64,000 nucleotides of DNA, from NCBI GenBank assembly GCA_963675595.2, contig CAXXLZ010000002.1, positions 4,666,253 through 4,730,252 on the forward strand, in the 5' to 3' direction. How positions within the stretch are numbered: position 1 is the first letter of the stretch; each line of letters starts with the position of its first letter. The position numbers and the translations under genes are program-made. The notes below the pieces were generated by a model. That model made no database searches, was not told where the DNA came from, and saw only the letters and a program-made list of their open reading frames with translations. The DNA is from Thermodesulfobacteriota bacterium (GTDB taxonomy: Bacteria > Desulfobacterota > Desulfarculia > JACQYL01). Shown here one piece after another: positions 58,444 through 64,000 of this stretch.

Positions 58444-60546
58444 TCAGGGGTAAGACCTCAGCAGACGCGCGCCGAGGCCGTCGAAGCTGTTGACCGGCGT
58501 GTTGCCGCTGCGATCCGCCGAACGGCAGTACCTCGCGATGCAGATCCAGCCGCCGCCGCGAAGCACCCGGAGCGAGCCTGAGGACGGACCCGTGGGATCC
58601 GTTACGGACCCACTCGGATAGTCGCCATACCAGTCTTGGCACCACTCCCACACGTTCCCGTGCATATCATGCAATCCCCAGGCGTTGGCCGACAGGCTGC
58701 CCGTCCGAACCGTCATTTTCCGGTATTCACCTTTTGAACAGCCCGACAACGGGTAGTTTCCGTTATAATTCGCCTCGTCGGTGGATAGACAGTCTCCGAA
58801 AGCGAACGGGGTGGTGGTGCCGGCCCGCGCCGCATACTCCCATTCCGCTTCCGTGGGGAGCCGATACCGATCCCCTCCCGCCAACCGATTGAGCTTCTGA
58901 ATGAACGACTGACAGTCGTTCCAGGAAATGTTCTCCACGGGGCAGTCGTCTCCACAATTCTTGAAATTGGACGGATTGCTCCCCATGACGGCCTTCCACT
59001 GCCCCTGCGTGACCTCCGTGGTCTGAAGGTAGTATCCTTGGGTGAGCGTCACCTGGTGCTGCGTCTCATTGCTGCTTCGGCCCGGCTCGTTGCTCGGGCT
59101 TCCCATGGTAAACGTGCCGGGAGGAACATACGCGAATTTGAACTCCTCTCCGGCAATCCGATCCACAAGGGTTTTCCCCGTATTTCCCGCGGACGGCACC
59201 GGCTTGGGGGGAACGGGCGTCAACGACGCCCGCACGTTGGCTTCTTCTCCCACACGCACGCTGACGGTCTCTTCCCAATCCCGGTGTTCCTCCAGCTTCA
59301 ACGCCACCTTGTGGCTCCCGGCGGCCACCTCGCTCATGGCTCCGGGAGTCGTCCCCACATACGCGCCGTCCAGGTACCAGCGGGCACCGGACGGATCACT
59401 GGTCACACGCAGGGTGCCCGTGGTGGGAACGGGTTCCAGCAGCAAGGTCACCCTGGTCTCCTTGCCCGCCTGAATCCAGACGCTTTCCTTGCCGTACTTG
59501 TAACCTTCGAGGTTCGCCAGTACTTCCACTCTGCCGGGACTCAAATCCGAAAGCGAAACGGGCGACGCGCCCACCCGGCCGCCGTTTACATAAACCAGCG
59601 CTCCCCGGGGGCTCGTTTCCACGTACAGGGAACCGGTGAGCGGTTCGGACGCCGACGGCGGGGCGGGCTGCGTGATCACCGCGCTCCCTCCCGCCATGAA
59701 CACGAAGTCCCCCTGGTCCAGCTTCGGGTCTCGAATCTTTCCGTACTGGGGGTGTTGGGCCGGGTTGTATTCCGGCACCTTGTTCTTGAGGAACAGCCCC
59801 AATTCTTCACCCGTGATGTAACCGTCGGGGATGGGTTCCGGCTCCCTGCCTTCCAGCAGGTTCAGGAACGCCTGCTTGAATACGCTGTGGTCGGGCACCG
59901 GTTCATTGGCTCGACCGGCCGTGATGAACTGCCGCACCGGATACTTGACGTTGTCCGACACCGTTTGAGGAACCACTCGCTCCCGCAGGTTCAGAATGGA
60001 CCCCGAAAAGCAGCTGTCGAACATGAACAGCGCGTGCTTGGCGTTCATGATGCGGGCCTCGGTCACCATGGACTGCATGTCCACGCTCGCCAGCCGAAAA
60101 CCCACCGGGTCTCTTTCCGGGGCCGGGGCGTCCACCATGACCAGGAAGCCCAGTTCCTCATCGGTGGACAGTTTCTGCGTGTACCCGTGCCCGGCATAGT
60201 AGAACAGCAGGCGGTTGTCGGGCTCCGCACCGAATTTCGTGGAAAATTCGCTCAAGGCCGTGTTGAAGGCGCTTTTGGTCAGGTCCTTCTTCAGGGTGAC
60301 GCTGAAACCGTTCCGTTTCAAGGCCGCGGCCACGTCGTCGGCGTCCTGCAAAGCTCCCGGCAACGGGTCCCAGCCTTTGGTGTAGCGGCCGTTGCCGATG
60401 ACCAGGGCGTAGGAATCTTCGTACAGTCGGAAAGGTTCGCCCTGTTGCGGGCGAAGAGTCACGCCGATGCCGCGTTCGGCGCCCGAAACCTGAAACGCCG
60501 CCAACGTCGCCAACAAAAGGAGATACAAGGGCAGGGATCGCTTCAT
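58444..60546 (-). CDS. DGR target: signal peptide, caspase-like (peptidase C14) domain, 2x PEGA, FGE-sulfatase (C-type lectin fold) domain
   Basis: YALVIGN...YYAGHG...FDSCFSG dyad. PEGA units ETSPRGALVYVNG and TSDPSGARWYLDG. FTMGS, RLPTEAEWEYAAR and DMHGNVWEWC. Confidence 0.92.
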   Translation of the reverse strand: MKRSLPLYLLLLATLAAFQVSGAERGIGVTLRPQQGEPFRLYEDSYALVIGNGRYTKGWDPLPGALQDADDVAAALKRNGFSVTLKKDLTKSAFNTALSEFSTKFGAEPDNRLLFYYAGHGYTQKLSTDEELGFLVMVDAPAPERDPVGFRLASVDMQSMVTEARIMNAKHALFMFDSCFSGSILNLRERVVPQTVSDNVKYPVRQFITAGRANEPVPDHSVFKQAFLNLLEGREPEPIPDGYITGEELGLFLKNKVPEYNPAQHPQYGKIRDPKLDQGDFVFMAGGSAVITQPAPPSASEPLTGSLYVETSPRGALVYVNGGRVGASPVSLSDLSPGRVEVLANLEGYKYGKESVWIQAGKETRVTLLLEPVPTTGTLRVTSDPSGARWYLDGAYVGTTPGAMSEVAAGSHKVALKLEEHRDWEETVSVRVGEEANVRASLTPVPPKPVPSAGNTGKTLVDRIAGEEFKFAYVPPGTFTMGSPSNEPGRSSNETQHQVTLTQGYYLQTTEVTQGQWKAVMGSNPSNFKNCGDDCPVENISWNDCQSFIQKLNRLAGGDRYRLPTEAEWEYAARAGTTTPFAFGDCLSTDEANYNGNYPLSGCSKGEYRKMTVRTGSLSANAWGLHDMHGNVWEWCQDWYGDYPSGSVTDPTGPSSGSLRVLRGGGWICIARYCRSADRSGNTPVNSFDGLGARLLRSYP
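58457..58581 (-). repeat. DGR variable repeat (VR) in the target 3' end
   Basis: Encodes SGSLRVLRGGGWICIARYCRSADRSGNTPVNSFDGLGARLL. Confidence 0.93.
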
Positions 60547-60777
60547 GGGGGCCTCGCCTAACGTCGGTTGGCCGAAAGGGTCTTTGAATCTCTTTCAGCA
60601 AGGTCAATGGAAAAACGAGGATGGTTTCAGCTGAATGCGTTACAGATAAAACAGCCGGAACGCCACAAGTCAAGAGGCAAGATGCGGACTCAATAGGGTT
60701 CGACGCAGTTTGGCTGCAGTTCAAGCGCCTCCCCGTCGGATAAAACCGTGACTGCCGCCAAGTTACAAGGAAGACGT

Positions 60778-61110
60778 TTAAGCCGAACCGAGACCCCCTT
60801 TTCCCGAAAGATTCTTCCACGTGGGTTCGGTCGACAGCACGTCGGAAACGATCCCCGAGGGGGCCGTTTCAACTTCGGCCAAACGGACCGGCAGGAGGGC
60901 GAGCCAACAAAGGGTGACACGGCTTCGGATCCGCTCGTCTTTTCGGTGATACACGGGGCGGAGTTCAAGGTTCGACTTGAGTGTCCGGAAGGCCCGTTCC
61001 ACCTCGACGAGCTGCTTGTAACCCAGGGCAATCTCTTCAGAGGTGAGGGTGTCGTCGCCGCAGGTGAGCACGGAGTTGCCGTCGACCTTCTCCTCAGCCG
61101 TTACTTTCAG
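60778..61110 (-). pseudogene. IS1634-family transposase C-terminal remnant
   Basis: EEKVDGNSVL...IALGYKQLVEVERAFRTLKSNLELRPVYHRKDERIRS, homologous to the C-terminus of 61652-63150. Confidence 0.8.
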
Positions 61111-61226
61111 GCTCACCACAGCCCGGCAACCGTAAAGCCGTCCTTTACCTGATTCTGCGCCACCAGGATGGTGTCGAGCACCTCCTTCGACGGCTCGACA
61201 AACCGGTTTCGAAGCGCGTCCACCAA

Positions 61227-61235
61227 GGGGAGCCA
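61227..61235 (+). repeat. attR core
   Basis: GGGGAGCCA. The upstream GTCC is in the same register as in the tRNA (GTCCtgcccGGGGAGCCA versus GTCCaccaaGGGGAGCCA). Confidence 0.72.
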
Positions 61236-61274
61236 AAAAAATCCTGGGCGAACCCATGCCCGGTTCGGTTTACA

Positions 61275-61313
61275 GGAAGCCCCATCGGATACCCCGGTGG
61301 GGCTTCCGTTTTT
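61275..61313 (+). terminator. Rho-independent terminator, probably the original tRNA-Asn terminator
   Basis: GGAAGCCCCATCGG-ATACC-CCGGTGGGGCTTCC-GTTTTT, about 40 bp after attR. Confidence 0.75.
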
Positions 61314-61651
61314 AGGGGCCGGTACTTCTGCAGGTACCGCCCTGCGAGAGCACCTCCCTCCCGGCCCTCGAAGCTCGACCCTGGAAATCGTGATGGTGTA
61401 TTGGTCGAGCTCGTCCATTGTAGGGGCGGGCCGTAGCGACCGCCCAGAAGACGGCCTTCGACTCTTCACATTGAGCAGGCATCGGCCCTAATCAAACTCA
61501 TCTTTGACAGTTGGAGGGTGAAAAAGTGGGCCTCTCCCGCCTAACTTACCGAAATGATTAGGCTGGCCTTTTTCCGAGGCTCCAAACGTAGTGCCAATAT
61601 GTCCGATTTTTTCCTTGACTCCGCCGACCTGTATTCCGTACAATTTGTTTC

Positions 61652-63250
61652 ATGTTTGCACGCGTCAAAAAGGTCAAAAGCGGCGGATCCGAGCATGAAT
61701 ATCTTCAGATCGTGGAGAACTATCGCCAGGATAAGAAGGTAAAACAGAAAGTTATATGTACACTGGGTCGTCTCGACAAGCTCCGTGAATCGGGTGCCTT
61801 GGACGGGGTTCTTACCAGTCTCGCCAAGTTCTCCACCCGGAATCAAGTCATCAATCTTTATAAGGAAGGTAGTGTCAAGGCAGACTGGGCCAAGTCCTGG
61901 GGAACCGTTCTGGTGATCGAGAAACTCTGGAAGACCTTGGGGCTCGATGTGGTACTCCGATCTCTCGCTTCTCGCTCCGATTATCGCTTCGATCTGGAGC
62001 GCGCGGTCTTTGCCTGTGTCTGCCAACGCTTGGTCCGTCCGGGATCCGATCTCGCCGCGAGCCGTTGGATTCAGAACGTCCACGGTGAAGGCTTTGACGA
62101 CCTGGAACTTCAGCACCTCTATCGATCCATGGATTTCCTGGCCGAATATCAGCCCGAAATCGAGAAGGAACTTTTCCGTCGGGGGCGCGACCTCTTCGAT
62201 TACGGGGTGGATCTCGTTTTCTTCGACACCACCTCGGTCTACTTCGAGGGCCGGGGGCCTGCCGAGTTGGCTCGGTACGGGTTCTCCAAGGACCATCGTC
62301 CAGACCGCAAACAGGTGTTGGTGGGTGTGGTCATGTCCCGAAAAGGATATCCCCTTTCCTGTCAGTTCTGGGAAGGGAACACGGCGGACGTCACCACCAT
62401 CAAACGCATCATCGCCCTGGTCAAGCGTCGGTTCTCCCTGAACAACGTGGTCCTGGTCTCGGACCGCGGCATGGTCGGCGTCGACAATCTGGTGGAACTG
62501 GAGCGTGCCGGTATCGACTACATCGTGGGCATCCCCATGCGCCGTTACCAGGATGTCCGAGGCCAAGTGGTGGACACTCCGGGCTACTACCAAGCGCTCA
62601 CTCCCACCTTGTGGTTCAAGGAGATTCATCTGAACGGATGCCGTTACGTCCTCTGTTACAACCAAGACCAAGCGGCCAAAGACGAGGCCACCCGATCGGC
62701 CCTTGTGGAAAAACTGAAAACCACCCTGAAAAAACAGGGGCCCCAGTCTCTGGTGGGAAACAAGGGCTTCAGGAAATTCATCAAGCTCGACCGGGAAACC
62801 GTGCGCATCGATCCCGCCAAGGTCAAGGACGACGCCCGCTTCGACGGCAAGTATGTTCTCCTCACCAGTACCGACATTCCCGCCGATGAAGTCGCGGTCA
62901 CCTACAAACGCCTGTGGCAGGTGGAAAGAGCCTTCCGGGACCTCAAATCGGCCCTGGAAGTCAGGCCCGTGTTCCACCAACGGTGTCAACGCGTTCAAGG
63001 TCACATCTTCTGCAATTTCCTGGCCCTATACCTGAAGATCGCGCTGCAGAAACAGCTCAAGACCAAAGAAATCGACATCCCCTGGGACCAAGTTCTCCTG
63101 GACCTCGAAGCCTTCAAAGCCATCCATCTACAGGTCACGGAGAAGTCCTACTGTCAAGCCCCCAGTTTTTGGTCCAGGAGTTATGAGAGTTTTATCATGA
63201 CTCGCGGTTTTCCATCCCCGGCCCTTGGGGCCTCGGCGAAGCCGAGCTGA
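61652..63250 (+). mobile_element. IS1634-family (IS4-like DDE) transposase, 3' end interrupted by IS3 at ~63152
   Basis: FFDTTSVYFEG, GFSKDHRPDRKQ, VSDRGM and YKRLWQVERAFRDLK. Upstream TTGACT-N18-TACAAT. The last ~32 codons derive from IS3 sequence. Confidence 0.88.
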
Positions 63251-64000
63251 GCGAGGCGGAGTCGAGGCCCCAAGGGCTCGCCGCGAACTGGGCCGGGGTC
63301 ATGTAATTCAATGCACTGTGCGGTCTTTCCTCGTTATAGGCTTTCCGCCATTTGGCGGCCAGAGTCTGCGCTTCCTTGATGTTGTTGAAAATTTCCATGT
63401 TCAAGAATTCATCCCGAAAACGGCTGTTGAAACTTTCCACGTACCCGTTCTGCCAAGGGGCTCCCGGCTCGACGAAAAGGGTTCCCACTCCCAGGTCTTT
63501 CAGCCAGTTTCTCACCTTTTGGGCTATAAATTCGGGACCGTTATCCGATCGAATGCCCGTTGGAACTCCCCGCTCGCCCATCAATCGGCTCAGCTCGTTC
63601 AAAACGTCTTCACCCGTAATGGAGCGGTTGATCCTCAGGGCCAGGTTTTCCCGAGTAAACTCGTCGACAATGGCCAAGCACTTGAACTGACGGCCGTCGA
63701 CCAAGCGGTCATGAATGAAATCCAACGTCCAGACATCATTTGCAAAAGCCGCCTTACGCTTGTTGCACGCATTGGCATCAACTCCCAGGAAGCGTTTCTT
63801 CTTGGCTTTTCGAGGTACCTTGAATCCTTCCTCTTTCCAAAGTCTATGAATTCGCTTGTAGTTTACCGCCCACCCCGCATCACGCAGCAGCCGAGTGATC
63901 CTACGGCATCCAAAACGGGGATGTTCTCCAACCAACCGGTGAAGAGCCTTGATCAGTTCCACCTCATCGTCCCGTTCCTTCGGCTCATAACGTTGGGTGG
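63152..64000 (-). mobile_element. IS3-family element (orfB DDE transposase at 63195-63962+; continues past the window)
   Basis: WTLDF, IVDEFTRE, RSDNGPEF, PWQNGYVESFN and RPHSAL. Terminal TGTCAAGCCCCCAGTTTTTGGTCCA at 63152. Confidence 0.9.

Larger units (their letters stand above)
6717..61235. mobile_element. ~54.5-kb integrative element / defence island inserted in the tRNA-Asn 3' end
   Basis: Direct repeat GGGGAGCCA at 6717-6725 and 61227-61235. Large serine recombinase at the left end. In-frame alternative recombinase tail at the right end. Terminator hairpin just outside the right copy. Mosaic GC and accessory cargo between. Confidence 0.8.

Noticed and set aside
58013-58453. 146-aa plus-strand ORF, or the GTT/AAC runs as a microsatellite
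   Set aside because: Explained by the AAC-rich DGR template repeat on the opposite strand.
6717-61235. Calling the element a prophage or ICE
   Set aside because: No recognisable capsid, terminase, tail, relaxase or T4SS genes.
1-64000. CRISPR array or cas operon (Cas4-like nucleases, WYL and CARF-like domains are present)
   Set aside because: No regularly spaced repeat-spacer array and no cas1, cas2 or effector genes were seen.

Overview
GC-rich bacterial chromosome segment (gene content suggests an anaerobic deltaproteobacterium; this is inference). Bases 1-6.5 kb are host genes: a corrinoid methyltransferase cluster, an EamA transporter, a HEAT-repeat/receiver protein and a DUF4124 protein, followed by tRNA-Asn(GTT) at 6650-6725. 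A ~54.5-kb integrative element appears to sit in the tRNA 3' end. Its core GGGGAGCCA occurs at 6717-6725 and 61227-61235, and the likely displaced tRNA terminator lies just beyond the right copy. The element carries: (1) a large serine recombinase whose C-terminal tail would be swapped on excision; (2) a replication-like module of a putative Zn-binding SSB, a helicase-HTH protein, a candidate hairpin origin and a family A DNA polymerase, with no recognisable primase, capsid or conjugation genes; (3) defence cargo including type I R-M, an RtcR-like sigma54 activator, GmrSD/SspE-like, McrBC-like, ABC-ATPase plus PLD-like and PD-(D/E)XK proteins; (4) a two-WYL region in which four promoters share TTCCGnAATCTGGAA-N11-TAnnnT; (5) an AddAB-like pair; (6) a diversity-generating retroelement TR/VR pair targeting a secreted caspase-like/PEGA/FGE-sulfatase protein, with no RT or avd in the window. 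An IS1634-family transposase interrupted by an IS3-family element follows the right end. All product calls come from motif recognition by eye, not database searches.
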